Shown: piece after piece, positions 26,995 to 40,200 of the stretch
How the letters are laid out: each line of letters starts with the position of its first letter
Numbering within the stretch: position 1 is the stretch's first letter
Source: Octopus sinensis
Taxonomy: Eukaryota
Reading direction: 5' to 3'
Length of the DNA stretch: 64,000 nt
Assembly: GCF_006345805.1 (NCBI RefSeq)
Contig: NC_043006.1
Location: 88,598,001-88,662,000 of the forward strand
Notes under the pieces: generated by a model
Databases searched by the model: none
What the model saw: the letters and a program-made list of their open reading frames with translations, nothing else
What the model was told of the DNA's origin: nothing
Program-made: the position numbers and the translations under genes

Positions 26995-28855
26995 GTATAG
27001 TTAATGTATATTCTGTTAAGAACGTAGTGGAGTACAGTTTAAAGCTCGTCCACCGTCAGATTGACCCTGTGCTGTCCATTATACGTACGTCCAGGTTTGC
27101 ATTTGGACATCTGTCGCGTGTGAATAGATAATTGAAAAAATTGGAGACAACAATTATTTTTTGATCACTACAATTGTTTCCACGCAACGTAGTTCTCCAG
27201 GTGTGCAGGTACTTGATTATGCAACTGTTTCCCTGCATTATGATATATAGTTGTGTTTCTACAGGCGATAAGTAAATATTGTCTCCGTAAGTTTAAAATT
27301 CTTCTCTGTCTGTCATGGTCTGAATTTAGTAGTAGCCTCTAAGCTTATTAGGGCGTGTCGATGCTGAAAGGGCGTTGGTATATACATACATACATAATAC
27401 ATACATACATACATACGTACATATATACACATATATAATGTGTGTATATATATATACCGAGAGAAAGAGAGACCGAGAGCGTGTGTGAGGGAGAGAGAGA
27501 GAGAGGAAGAGAGAATTATGCAGATGAAGAAAATAAATATAACTGCTTGGGTTTGATGTACAAAATATATTTATATGTATACATGCAAAGACAAAGAATG
27601 CAAAGACGGAAGATTTTCAGTATAAATATATAAATATTTATATTAATAGACGAAATTTACACTGAGTACAAACTACAGAGAAAAGTATTCCCCCTTAATT
27701 TTCTCTGTCGTTTGTTCTCGGTTTAAGTTTGATATTGTAACCATCGTTTGAAAGTCTTCAGTTTTTGCTTTCTTTTTGTATGCATGTATATATATAGATT
27801 TATATTTTGTTGTCGTTCCATAGTTTGAAAATGACTCCAAGAATTACAGGATTTTTTTCATTCGCTGCAATCAACATTTAAATAATCACTCAACCAAATT
27901 AATCTAATTGATAACTATTAACAATTTAACGAGAAATTATGTGTTTGAAGATGAAGGTAATACCAAGTGAAACATTGGGCTTAATTTTGTTAACTTAAAT
28001 TATATTGATCTCTAAAAGTTCAAACAATACATAAGATTTAGGTTCACTGAATGAAATCTGTAACAAAAGTAAAAATAGCTATGTAAGGTGTGGTAATAAA
28101 AATTAATGCAATTCAAAGATTTAGCAATCCAAATGAATAGAACAGCAATTAATACTGAAAGTAAAGAATTATATATACGTTTCTTTTAACAAGTTTATAA
28201 TCCATAACGTGAAAGTTTTCACCTTCATAGAATGTGGCAGAATTCACATATATATTAAAATATCTAAAATATATTAGAGGAACTTAACATACAGGGGAAC
28301 ATATTTTAACCAAACAATTCAACATAAGAATATGCCAGGTCACTTTGAATACGTGTTTATGCCAAAACATTCATATACATATTCACATAAACATACTCTG
28401 TGTGTGCGTGCGTGTGTGTGCCTATATGTGTTTGGTGTATAGATATGTTTACTGTATATGTATACATACATATATAAATAAACATATACGTATGTAATAC
28501 ATTAACTAGTCGAGTGCTACAGTACGGAATGTGTAAGAGTGTGAGTAAGAGAATTATCCTTTCCTGGCTTTGCGATGAGGTATAGAACCATGTCAGAACT
28601 ACAACAGTTTCTTCTGGTCTCCGGAAACAATGGGTGTGTTTAAAACAATGGGTATAGAGTTTAAAATGTGCGGATGTGCTGTCGACCTTGAATAAAATAC
28701 ACGTTCCCAACAACGTGCGTTATGGATTGGTTATTTTGATTAGTGAAAATTCAATGAGTCAATTTTGTCGATATTTCGAGAAAACTTTCCATGTTTTGGA
28801 GCAAAAACAGCTAGCTCGTCATCCAAGGAAATGATAGTCACTAACTGGATTGAAA

Positions 28856-28965
28856 TGTCATAAGGTGTTTCTTATGTCATAAGGTGTATGCATAAAGTCA
28901 TAAGGTGTATGTCATAAGGTGTATGCATAAAGTCATAAGGTGTATGTCATAAGGTGTATGCATGA
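28856..28965. repeat. Minisatellite of GTCATAAGGTGTAT (14 bp) and GCATAAA (7 bp) with a 35-bp higher-order unit
   Basis: Six copies of GTCATAAGGTGT. Confidence 0.9.
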
Positions 28966-29035
28966 AAAAACTCATTCATGCCATAATTTTAAAACACCAA
29001 TAAGCAATGCCACTACAGCATTATTAAATTTAGCT

Positions 29036-29252
29036 TAAGGTGGCGAGCTGTCAGAATCGTTAGCACGCCGGGCAAAATGCTTAGCGGCATTTCTTCTGTC
29101 TTTAAGTTCTCAGTTCAAATTCCGCCGAGGTTGAGATTGCTTTTCATCCTTTTAAGGTCGATAAAATAAGTAGCAGTCGAGTACTGGGGTCGAAGTAATC
29201 GACTAGACCCCAACCCACAAAATTGATAGCCTTGTATCAATATATGAAATCA
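29036..29252 (+). mobile_element. SINE family 1
   Basis: AAGGTGGCGAGCTGTCAGAATCGTTAGCACGCCGGGC...CAGTTCAAATTCCGCCGAGG. Confidence 0.9.
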
Positions 29253-29934
29253 TTGTTCAATTTAACCTACTTATTTTTTACATCATTTTTCACACGAGTT
29301 ATTTTACAATTATACTTATGGGATGCTCAATTTTTCCTTCCCTCATCTTTGTTGAAATGTTATAGCCCATGGTGGATTTCATGCTAAGTTTGCTTGTTAC
29401 AGAACCTCTGTTAATGCCGAATAGAACGTCTACAGAATATGATAATTAAAGGCTTCCTATGTCTGAATTATGGCCTCCTTAGACTGATCGTTGATTACTT
29501 ACTAATCTTATTCACACTCATGTTCAGTTTACCATTGTGTCACTTGGTTTATTTACTTTTGAATTAATATGAGTACATGTCGCGGCATCTTGATAATTTG
29601 ACAGATCAAGTCAGTTAATTGATATGTTTAATTATAAATTTACTACTGTACCATTTCGTAGTAAAACGCCTTCTATCAATTACACTGATAACTACTGGTA
29701 TGACATACGCAACCTCACGCATAGTTTTATAAATATGAATGAGATTATTATACGATATATTTATGATGCGATTACTGTCCAGATTAACATCTCAAGGTTT
29801 AGTGTCATCAAATGTTATTGCCTGTTTTAATCTACGCTGTTAGTATCGAAATAATTTCAAGTAACTTCATCTTAACTTTCAATATTAGTGGCAGTATTAC
29901 GGAGTATATTGTTATTCATAGGCTCGCTCGCAGT

Positions 29935-30360
29935 TTGAGTGGTAAAGAAACTCACTTTGCAGCCACGTTGCTTCGGGTTCAGTTCCACTATGCAGAATTT
30001 TGAGTAAGTGTTTTCTACTATAGCCTGGGGGCTTACCAATGCTTTTGTGAGAAAAATTGGTAGATGGAAACTTTCTGGAAATCCGTTGAGTGTGGGTGTG
30101 GGTATGCGTGAGCGCGTGTGTGAGTGTGTGCGTGTGTGCGTCTCTATGTGTGTCTGTGTTAATGTGTGTGTCTATGTATATATTTATATATGTGTGTATT
30201 TGTGTTCATGTTTGTTGCCTCACCGTTTGACAGCCTATGTTGGCTTATTTACGTTCTATTAACTTATCAACTGCGGCAAAAGAGCTCCGATAGAATATAA
30301 GTACTTGTGTCCTAATAGGGCCGCAATGACTGAAGGAAGTAAAGGGCAAAAGAAAAGAGT
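29935..30360 (+). mobile_element. SINE family 2, diverged, with internal (TG)n
   Basis: Colinear with 61426-61868. Confidence 0.75.
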
Positions 30361-30529
30361 AGCATATATTACTGAATCTCCAAGCAGTTTTATAAATCGA
30401 TTGGAAAAATCACGTCTGGATGTATCTCTTGGTCTCTTTTGAATTTATTTTCCAAATTTGTCATACATTTACGTTGTTTTAACTAGGCTGATGATTAGAA
30501 CATTTCAATTCCACAAAAATTTGACTTAT

Positions 30530-30576
30530 TTGTGTTGTTGTTGTTGACGACAACGACAATGACGATGATGATGTGA

Positions 30577-30626
<50 letters not shown>

Positions 30627-30657
30627 GATGAGGGTGATGATGATGATGATGATGATG

Positions 30658-30714
<57 letters not shown>

Positions 30715-30740
30715 TGAATGATGATGTGAATGATGATGAT
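30530..30740. repeat. (GAT)n trinucleotide repeat
   Basis: Read directly from the sequence. Confidence 0.95.
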
Positions 30741-31191
30741 TTAAACTTCACAGCAAAGTCCTGACCAATCAAATCTATTATTACAGTTATTCCAGCGGTG
30801 AGCATCCTTTACCTTTCCCGGATATCAAACGTACTCTTGCACGAGATTTAATTTGAAGGAGATGTGGTTGTTTCTTCTAGGAAGTTGAGTGGTTAGGAAG
30901 GCTCTTGCTCATTGACACACGGTATCATTATCAGTCGGTTTTTATATTATTTTTCAGAATTATAGGGTTATATATCCATGTTTCATTTGTCTCAGACTGT
31001 GAACTGCGACCATGCTAGAACACAGCCTTAAAGCCTTCTTAGTCGAACGAATCCTTATTTTAGCGCTGGTACTTATCTATTGGTCTCTTCAGCCGAACCG
31101 CAAAGTTGAGAGGAAGTAAGCAAATCAGCGATTATCAAGTGATGGCAGAAGACAAAAACAAACACAAAGACATGCACATGCACACACACAC

Positions 31192-31482
31192 ACTCTCCTG
31201 ATTTGGCACCAACGGATTTCTACCTCTTTCGATCTCTTTCAAATGCTATGCGCGGAGTTTCGTTCAATACTGATGCAGAATTGAGAGCTTGCTTGGATCA
31301 ATTTTTCGAGTCGAAATCGGGGATTTCTACCAACGAGGTATTGAAAATCTTGTTGAACGTTGGGAAGAAGTTGTAAACCACAAGGGTGAATACATTATTG
31401 ATTAATTAGGTGTTTTTTTTTTATTAAACCTTTAAAAAACTTTAATTTAAAAAAAACGGCGGGAACTTAGTTGCCAACCTAA
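31192..31482 (+). mobile_element. 3' part of the mariner element seen at 33817-34641
   Basis: Encodes SPDLAPTDFYLFRSL; ends in TIR AACTTAGTTGCCAACCTAA followed by TA; near reverse complement of 33817-34105. Confidence 0.9.
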
Positions 31483-31785
31483 TAGTAGACGGCATGCACC
31501 AAATGGCAATTGCTAAAAAGCATTTGTGAAGTAAAGTCATGTAGCAACACCGAATGGCGGTGCCCCTGTATGGCCACAGATCGTGAGCTGAAACTAGATA
31601 AAATAAATAAAAAGATATATATATATATATGTATGTATGAATGTATGTATGTACGTATGTATATATATATATATATTTATATACACATATATATGTGTGG
31701 TAAAAACATACATATATATATTATATATATATATATACATATATGTGTATATATATACATATATATATACATATATTTATATATA

Positions 31786-31823
<38 letters not shown>

Positions 31824-31842
31824 TATATATATATTATATATA

Positions 31843-32465
31843 TAATAAACCTTTACATAAATAAATAACGTGAAATACACGAAGGGACGAACAAAAAGAC
31901 AAACGGGTCATTCAAAGCCTTCATTCTTCAGTCAGAAACTGATCCCTCATCGCAGATTTCGGCTGTTTAATTCTGAGATCCGCTCTGAATCAGCCAGCCA
32001 CAGAAGGAAATAATGCAACGCAACAGAGACGAACATGAAACGGAAAATCTTTTTTGGAGACAGTAACGGTTAAAAACATGGATGACAAAGGCGCCAAAAC
32101 AATTTGGCAACGAAGCAATGGCGAAGGAAAGAAAATAGTTTAAAGACATCGTGCAGGAGTTTTGATATGATAAACATAAAGAAGTTATTATGCACGTACG
32201 CTGCGAAATATATAATAAACCTTTACATAAATAAATAACGTGAACTACACGAAGGGACGAACAAAAAGACAAACGGGTCATTCAAAGCCTTCATTCTTCA
32301 GTCAGCAACTGATCTCTCATCGCAGATTTCGGCTGTTGAATTCTGAGATCCGCTCTGAATCAGCCAGCCACAGAAGGAAAGAATGCAACGCAACAGAGAC
32401 GAACATGAAACGAAAAATCTTTTTTGGAGACAGTAACGGTTAAAAACATGGATGACAAAGGCGCC
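31843..32465. repeat. Two direct repeats of about 250 bp (31843-32095 and 32213-32465) in a (TA)n-flanked element extending to about 32837
   Basis: The copies differ at only a few positions. Confidence 0.9.
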
Positions 32466-32834
32466 CTACGGCTTTGAGACAAAAAGAGAGACACAAAAAC
32501 AATATCAGCAAGCGTGGAAAAATAATTACCTTTTCGGTGATAAGACACATGTTGAACAAGCGGCCTTTTGATCACTCCCCTAAGAACAATAGCTTGTGCC
32601 CTGTTTATCTCCTAAATACCAACCTACCCCAAAAACGTCCCCCACCACCACTCCATTAAATCTGCCTAAATGCATAAATACCAGAACTTATTTTGACAGC
32701 CAGCTTCCTGAAGATTTCATCTAAATGAAACAGTTCTAGTCCTGTAGAAGCTCCTTCTATAAAATAAATTACTTTACTCTGCTATGTATTGAGTACCTTA
32801 TTTACTGTAGTTAACCCCGACTCAACCCGGGACC

Positions 32835-32879
<45 letters not shown>

Positions 32880-33045
32880 CATATATTTATATATACATAT
32901 ATTTATATATATATACATATATTTATATATATACATATATTTATATATATATATACATATCTTTATATATATATATATACATATATTTATATTATATATA
33001 TATATATATATAGATATATATATATATTATATATATAATATATAT

Positions 33046-33099
<54 letters not shown>

Positions 33100-33326
33100 C
33101 AATTAAGGGCTCCTAAATTAGGATGCCGAGTGCTGGGAACACATTTAGGCGACTCGTTGATAAAGCCAGCCTTAGCAAACATATTCTGTTTTGCTAGAAA
33201 GAGGCAGAAACTGATCAGTCCGAGGTGTTCAAGTTATCGGTAAACGTTTTTGATTTTCACTCTCGATAAATCATCTCCTTTTTGTGTTCCCAGCACTCGG
33301 CATCCTAATTTAGGAGCCCTTAATTG
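33100..33326. mobile_element. 227-bp MITE with perfect 44-bp TIRs and TA target duplication (Tc1/mariner type)
   Basis: TA|CAATTAAGGGCTCCTAAATTAGGATGCCGAGTGCTGGGAACACA ... exact reverse complement|TA. Confidence 0.9.
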
Positions 33327-33461
33327 TATTACTACATGAATAATATTTTTCTATATGAATAATATTTTGTCTTATGACTAATTCGTCTTTTGTGCTGGGC
33401 ACCTGGTAGTAAATAATATTACTACCCTGCTTGTTTATATTTGCATATATATATATATATA

Positions 33462-33513
<52 letters not shown>

Positions 33514-33556
33514 TACATATATTTATATATATATATATATATTATATATATATACA

Positions 33557-33600
<44 letters not shown>

Positions 33601-33604
33601 ATAC

Positions 33605-33716
<112 letters not shown>

Positions 33717-33730
33717 TGTACATATAGATA

Positions 33731-34709
33731 TAGGTGTGTGGTAAAAAGTTTGTTCCAACCACATGGTTCCTGGTTCAGTCACACTGTATGGTACCTTGCG
33801 TAAATACCGTCTAATATTAGGTTGGCAACTAAGTTCCCGCCGTTTTATTTAAATTAAATTTTTTTAAAGGTTTAATAAAAAAAATAACAACTAATTAATC
33901 AATAATGTTTTCGCCCTTGTTGTTTACAACTTCCCAACGTTCAACAAGATTTTCAATACCTCGTTGGTAGAAATCCCCAATTTCGACTCGAAAAATTGAT
34001 CCAAGCAAGCTCTCAATTCTGCATTAGTATTGAACGAAACTCCGCGCATAGCATTTGAAAGTGATTGAAAGAGGTAGAAATCCGTTGGTGCCAAATCAGG
34101 AGAGTACGGTGGGTGTGGCAGCACTTCCCAGCCATGCGTTTGAATGGCATTCTTGGTCATAATTGCGAAATGCGAGCGGGCGTTGTCGTGCTGCAGAAGA
34201 ACTCCATGCTACCCATTAAGTCTTTTCTCTTGAATAGCCGTGCGGAGTCGTTCAATCCGCTTTAGCCATTTGGTTCTCATGTAAACGTTGGTTTAATCGC
34301 TCTTCATCGAACTCAACTGGGCGGCCGGAACGAGGTGCGCCTTTGAGATCAAAATTTCCATTTTTGAACTTGGCATACCAATCACGAACGGTTCTTTCAG
34401 CACAAATTTCTCGAGCAGCTTTTGCGATCTTAGAACCTTGATTAAAAGTAAAAAGGAGGTGTCGAAAATGTGCGTTTTTCTTAAATTGACATTCTATTTT
34501 AATGATCTAAAAATAAACAAAAATTAACTAGAAAAAAATAGATTCTAAAACGATTCATAAATAGAATTTTCGAAGAAAATAGATTCCAAAATATAAAAAG
34601 GCAATAAATTCCAAAATTTTAAAACTTAGTTGCCAACTCAATATAACCTCGGGCCGACCAAAGCCTTGTAAGTGGATTTGGTAGACGGAAATTGAAAGAA
34701 GCCATCGTG

Positions 34710-34751
<42 letters not shown>

Positions 34752-34966
34752 TATGTGTGTCTGTGTCTGTGTGCGTGCGTGAATTTGTATCTGCGTTTCT
34801 CCCACCACTTTTACCTAAGGATTCGGCAAAGGAGTCCGATAGAATATGTACTGGGCTTTAAATACATAGGTACTGGGGTCGATAATGTGACTAAAATACT
34901 TCTTCAAGGCAGCACCCCAGCATAGCCATGGCCTAATGGCTGAAACAAGTAAAAGATAAAAGATAC
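33731..34966 (+). mobile_element. SINE family 2 split by a mariner insertion
   Basis: Head at 33731-33816; the body resumes at 34642 with TATAACCTCGGGCCGACCAAAGCC. Confidence 0.85.
33817..34641 (-). mobile_element. Internally deleted mariner (DD34D), 825 bp
   Basis: TIRs TTAGGTTGGCAACTAAGTT and TTGAGTTGGCAACTAAGTT; TA TSD at 33815-16 and 34642-43; N-terminal AAREIC..WYAKFKNG..PRSGRP fused to HDNARSH-x-YSPDLAPTD (34 residues between the Ds). WVPHEL and the first-D region are missing. Confidence 0.92.
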
Positions 34967-34976
34967 ATACATATAC

Positions 34977-35022
<46 letters not shown>

Positions 35023-35034
35023 TATATATAACAA

Positions 35035-35309
35035 TGATAAATATCAAAGTGAGTTATATACAGTAGCGGTAACACATCGTGACGTATTTTTGCCATTTCA
35101 ATATGGCTAACCCCTAAGGGTGGATGCTACTGTAGTTTTTAGCCCCAGGAGGACACACTCCTCCAGCTGGCCATAGACACACTTTCTGTGTCCTGTCAGT
35201 ATTTGCAAAGGGAAGTCATCCTTCCCGTCTTCAACTTATGATACACACGGACTCGAGTTTCGAGGTATTGACCTCTCGTCAGCGTGTGACAATCATAGTT
35301 GTCGGCGAG

Positions 35310-35310
<1 letters not shown>
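35035..35310 (-). mobile_element. Retrozyme/pLTR-like element of about 280 bp between (TA)n tracts
   Basis: Non-coding unit carrying an intact hammerhead near its 5' end; (TA)n on both sides. Confidence 0.65.
35232..35301 (-). ncRNA. Structurally intact type I hammerhead ribozyme
   Basis: Minus strand reads CACACG CTGACGA GAGG TCAATA CCTC GAAA CTCGAG TC CGTGTG; stem I extends by TATGAT/ATCATA and CAAC/GTTG; GUC triplet; palindromic ACTCGAGT. Confidence 0.9.
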
Positions 35311-35347
<37 letters not shown>

Positions 35348-35392
35348 GTATATATATATATATGTATGTATGTATGTATACATGTGTATATG

Positions 35393-35423
<31 letters not shown>

Positions 35424-35425
35424 GT

Positions 35426-35456
<31 letters not shown>

Positions 35457-35469
35457 ACATGTGTATATG

Positions 35470-35521
<52 letters not shown>

Positions 35522-35574
35522 TGTGTATATATATATATTGTATATATATATATATATAATATATATATATATAC

Positions 35575-35607
<33 letters not shown>

Positions 35608-35627
35608 TATGTATGTATATATGTATA

Positions 35628-35790
35628 TGACGGGCATCTTTCAGATTCCGTCTGCCAGATCCTCTTACAGGTATTTGACCGACCCGATGCCATAGTAGAA
35701 AACACTTATCCTAGATGTCCTGCAGTTGAACTGGACCCGAAGCTATGTGGTTGGAGAGCAAACTACTTACCACAGAGTTATGTCTGCACC
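35628..35790 (-). mobile_element. SINE family 2, 5' half, ending in its internal (TA)n
   Basis: Colinear with the reverse complement of 61426-61590. Confidence 0.7.
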
Positions 35791-36415
35791 TATAAATGAA
35801 CAATTTTTCGCAATCCATTATTTTGGAGTCGAATTCCAAAACTCTGAATATTCTTATGTTTATACCAAAAAACGCAATGCAGGCCATTCTCAGATATTTC
35901 ATCAAAAATCAATATTATACACTGTTCATATATTGACCTTCAACTCATACTTACGCCCATACACAAATATTTAAATTCATGCACATACACACTCGTACAT
36001 GTACGCACAGGAGCACATACTTGTACACATACACACATATACACATGAATACACGTACTTACACATACCTATACATACATATTCACATATATACACACAT
36101 ACATATATGAAGACATACACACACAAGCACATATACAAACAACAAACATACACATACACTTACACATATACATAAACACATACTTACGCTCATATACGTA
36201 CGCATAAGAACATAAGTAATGGATTAGCCTGCATAGTATGATTACAGTTTCAGTTATAGTGCTCATTTAATAGATTGCTACCAAGATGTTTATTTCTATG
36301 TAAGAATGTTGATTCCGTGTTCCATAATGATCAGCTTGTCGTTTTTACTAGTGTCCACAAACATGGGTGTTTAAGAAAATTGCTTCGTAATCAGCTGGTT
36401 CTTGGTTCAACTCCC

Positions 36416-37280
36416 GGCGAAGGTAAAGGATATGGACCGCACCCGCTTTTTTTTTGTTTTTTCTTTTTTTTTTTGTGGTTGGGGTTCTACAGAAACCCCC
36501 TTTTTCGACTGCGGAGATTCTGAATCTGCAAAAAAAAAATCAGCATTTCAAAATTTGAAACTCTTTTCAAAAATGAATAAATGACCAAATAAACACCCCT
36601 TCCCTCCACCAGTGCATATATGACAGAAAGTGAACATGTTGTGGTTGAGGGCCTTTTGGCATTAAGAGAGGTATGTAAAAATTTTTTTGCACACACGCGC
36701 GCACACACACACACAGACGACAAGGAAATGACATTTACAATTCTTTTGTTTTTTTTTTTTGGTAATTCATATTTAGAAAGTGGGTCTTCGGTTGGCTGTT
36801 GTTTCTAGCCTGTCGGACGTTCTGGTCGGAGGGGAATTGAAGATATTGAAAACTCACAAAACACGTTTTCAAAATTTTAATTTTCCCGTTCTCCATCCAT
36901 CTGGTAAAGAAAAAATGGGGTGGGGGAAATTAAAATTTTGAAAACGTGATTCATCATTTAGCTGCTGTTTCTAGCATATCGAACTTTCTGTTTAAATACT
37001 TTTGGTGGGGGGAGAAGGGTGTTTATTTATTTTTTTTTTTTTGATAAATTGAAATTTTACAAATTTTTTTCGGAATCATAAACTCCGTATTTTTTATGTA
37101 TTTCGCTCCCAAATTTTCAAAACAGAAGTGAAAATTTGGGGGTGGGGAGGGAAATTAAAACTTTGAAATGCCGATTTCTTGGGGGTGGGTTGCAGATTCG
37201 GTATCTCCGCAGTCGAAAAAGTGGGTTTCTGTAGAAAAAAAAAGCAAAAAAGGGGTCGGTCCATGTCCTTTACCTCCGTC
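36416..37280. mobile_element. 865-bp non-autonomous TIR element with an 8-bp TSD, inserted in a SINE family 2 B box (Merlin/hAT/P-like; superfamily unresolved)
   Basis: TSD CAACTCCC at 36408-15 and 37281-88; termini GGCGAAGGTAAAGGATATGGACCG and GACGGAGGTAAAGGACATGGACCG; imperfect IR continues for about 140 bp; SINE sequence resumes on both sides. Confidence 0.85.
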
Positions 37281-40200
37281 CAACTCCCCCTGTTGTGTCT
37301 CTAGCAAGTGTCTATTTCTACAGCTTCGTATCAGATAAGGTCTTGGAATGAAATGCGATAGATGGAATATTTTCTTGGGTGCTTTTAGTTGGGTTCACTC
37401 TATAAAACCATCTGGGACATAACAACTTCTCATTCTTCAACCAGTCTTGAAGGAACTGAAAAATAACCAGGAGAACTACCATTCCTGATCTGACAATACA
37501 ATTAACAAGAGCAGAGTTTGTGTGTCTTCTGCCATTATTTCTAAGACTGCCATCTTTCACCCATCTCTTACTCTGCTAGATAAGATATAAAGATAAAATG
37601 CTACACAAGATTCATCTATTTTTTTATCAGTTACAAGGAACATAATTTTAATAATTCTAGCACATCAGTTTTCTTTTTTTTTATAGCAGCATCACATGAA
37701 AAAGATCGTGATTTATAATATCAAGTTGGATTCATTTGATGCTTATTTCAATCCACGTCTCCAAATTTTCTTTAGAAAACATTTACGAGAAGAAAAAAAT
37801 GTCATGTGGTAAAAATGGTGATAGTTTTACAATGTTTCAATAGCTACCTATTCTTTTCGGACATCATTTTACTTTCATTAGAGACATTTGCATTTTTAAG
37901 TTTTGAGTGGAAATTTTAATTGGAGTTAATGACTGTATAGGGTGTCAGCATTATGATACGAATAACCTCTCTTTCATAACAGATAGAACATATTATCGAT
38001 AAACGTATTGACAAATTCCTTGATTACTGATTCGTTACTAAAACATAATTTCTCTTGTGGGTTAAAAAATTTAACAGGCTTTTGGATTAGCAGGATCGCC
38101 AAATGTTATGGAAAATTCTTTACGGTATTTCTACGGCAGTTTACGTTTCAAATTACACCGCGGTCAGCTTGGCCTTTCATCATTCTGGAGTTCGTAGAGT
38201 ATTGGTCTAGTACTGGGGCTGATGGTATTGACTAATATCTTATCTCGAAATTGTTCACCTTGTGACTCAGAAACATATAACTCTGCGTCAGAACTTAGAT
38301 AAAGTGAGTCTCTATAGCTATTGTCTGCGGTTAGATTAACATGTTTATTATCGAATGAGCAATACAAAAGCAGTATTTTAACAAGAATCTGGTCGATTGA
38401 CTTATAAGTTTCGAAGTAAAGAGCAAAATATTTTTTCTTTTATGACTTGTTTTGGAATACTTTGAATTACTGTGAAATGCTCAGAAGTCTCTAAGAATCT
38501 TTTAAAAAACTAAATGGAAATAATACATCATTTCACTAAAACTTTTTTAAATATTTTCGTAAATCAGATGAATTGCTTCTCATTTTTACCAATGGAAATG
38601 TAGCGTTCCATATCTAGACCACTGAAGCACTTATCTTTATTTTCAGGTAATCAGTTCCCGTCTTCAGCTAATGTGATGTATGAAGAAACTACGAATGGTT
38701 CCCATTTAGCTGTATAAAATTATAAAATAATCTTCACCTTTCTTTTTAACATACATAATTTCTCCTTCCTCTCTCTCTCTTTTTATTATGACATAATATA
38801 ATTCATAAATGTTTAATCAGTTTGTACTATTCAAATGCAAGTAATTTGAAATAGCTATGTGATAGAATATTAAAGAATTTATCGTTGGATATGAATATTA
38901 ATGAATCAGTAATTAAAACAAAAAAGAAAAGAAAAGAAATGCATAATAACTACGATACAGACCATTCTATCAAACACAAATTAGCTTTACAAACGAAAAG
39001 CAGAAAATAAATAAGACTACAGATAAGACAATTCTTTCTCTTGCAATGAAAAAGAACGACCAAAAACAAGGGTTTTGTTATTTCATATCTCATTGAAATA
39101 GAAACCATCTTGCCCTAAGGCGTAGCTTGTACAGCCGAAATGTAGGTTAACTGTTATCAGACAAAATTACAAAAGAAATAACTGTCAACATTTCCATTTA
39201 TAATCGTCCTTATTTCAGATAAATCAGAGAAAGTTTTATGAACTCTAAAACACTGACCGTTATTTATTATTGGCGCTTCCAGTGGTATACTATGCTCTAA
39301 CGAAAATAAATCGTTAAAGTTAAAGCTTTCACTACATCAATTATATTTTGCAATGGGAGAATATATTTTTAAGATCAACTTTTAGTCACTCGGATGAACT
39401 TCTAGGCTTCAACACTATTTCATTTCTCAACCAATTTGAATTTGATCTTTTTAGCAATGATAGTCCAGCCGTAAGCAACATTTTGAGATTAGATAATCGA
39501 AATTTGGTTCATTTACAAAAACGTTAGGTCAAAATATATAAGGTCAAAAGTAGGAGAATAAGGCGAGAAACTGAATTTGAATCAAAGTGTCTCAGCCATT
39601 GCAAAAGAAAACTATACAATAGTACTGTTCAAATGAAAGAGCTCTATAAGCGGAATCTTACAGCGGAAACTGCGTCAAAAAATATTAGCTCTTGCGGTGG
39701 CTTTAAATGATGGCAAAAACGGTGTTCATTTTAACAAATAAAAAAAATTGATAAGTTCTTTCGATTTTTTGTAGCGGCTTTCTGGCCACCGTTTTTGGTG
39801 GGGGATGGGGAGTTTCATTTTCTAAGAGTATTCACCCGATCTTCCAAACCGTTTTCACAGCTATTCGGTGTTTTCCTTTATTTTCAGTAAAATACCAACT
39901 CACTCTGCGCTTCAAAGTTTGTTTAAATAAAGTTAATATTTTTGGTTTTTAAATTTCTTTGCATTAAGCTAAAACATTTATTTCTTATTTTTAGTATTAC
40001 TAGAATGAATAGTATAAAGCTAAATATAATTCATTATGATAATAGAAGCGTTATCTAGAGACGAAAATGGGCCAAAATGAAAAATACGGGCGCAGAATGG
40101 TAGAATATTCTTAAGTTATAAACCTGAAAAAGTACAGGACAAGCTGTAATTCAGCTTAGAAAAGTAGAGGACGAGAAAAAAGAAAAACTTAAAATATTGC

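Noticed and set aside
28856-28965. CRISPR-like array
   Set aside because: There are no unique spacers, the context is eukaryotic, and it is a minisatellite.
30479-30805. Poly-Asp / poly-Ser ORFs
   Set aside because: Pure (GAT)n repeat with no flanking protein context.
30806-30869. 64-nt minus-strand candidate exon (KKQPHLLQIKSRARVRLISGK)
   Set aside because: Splice-like sites only; no recognisable homology, and such sites arise by chance in AT-rich DNA.
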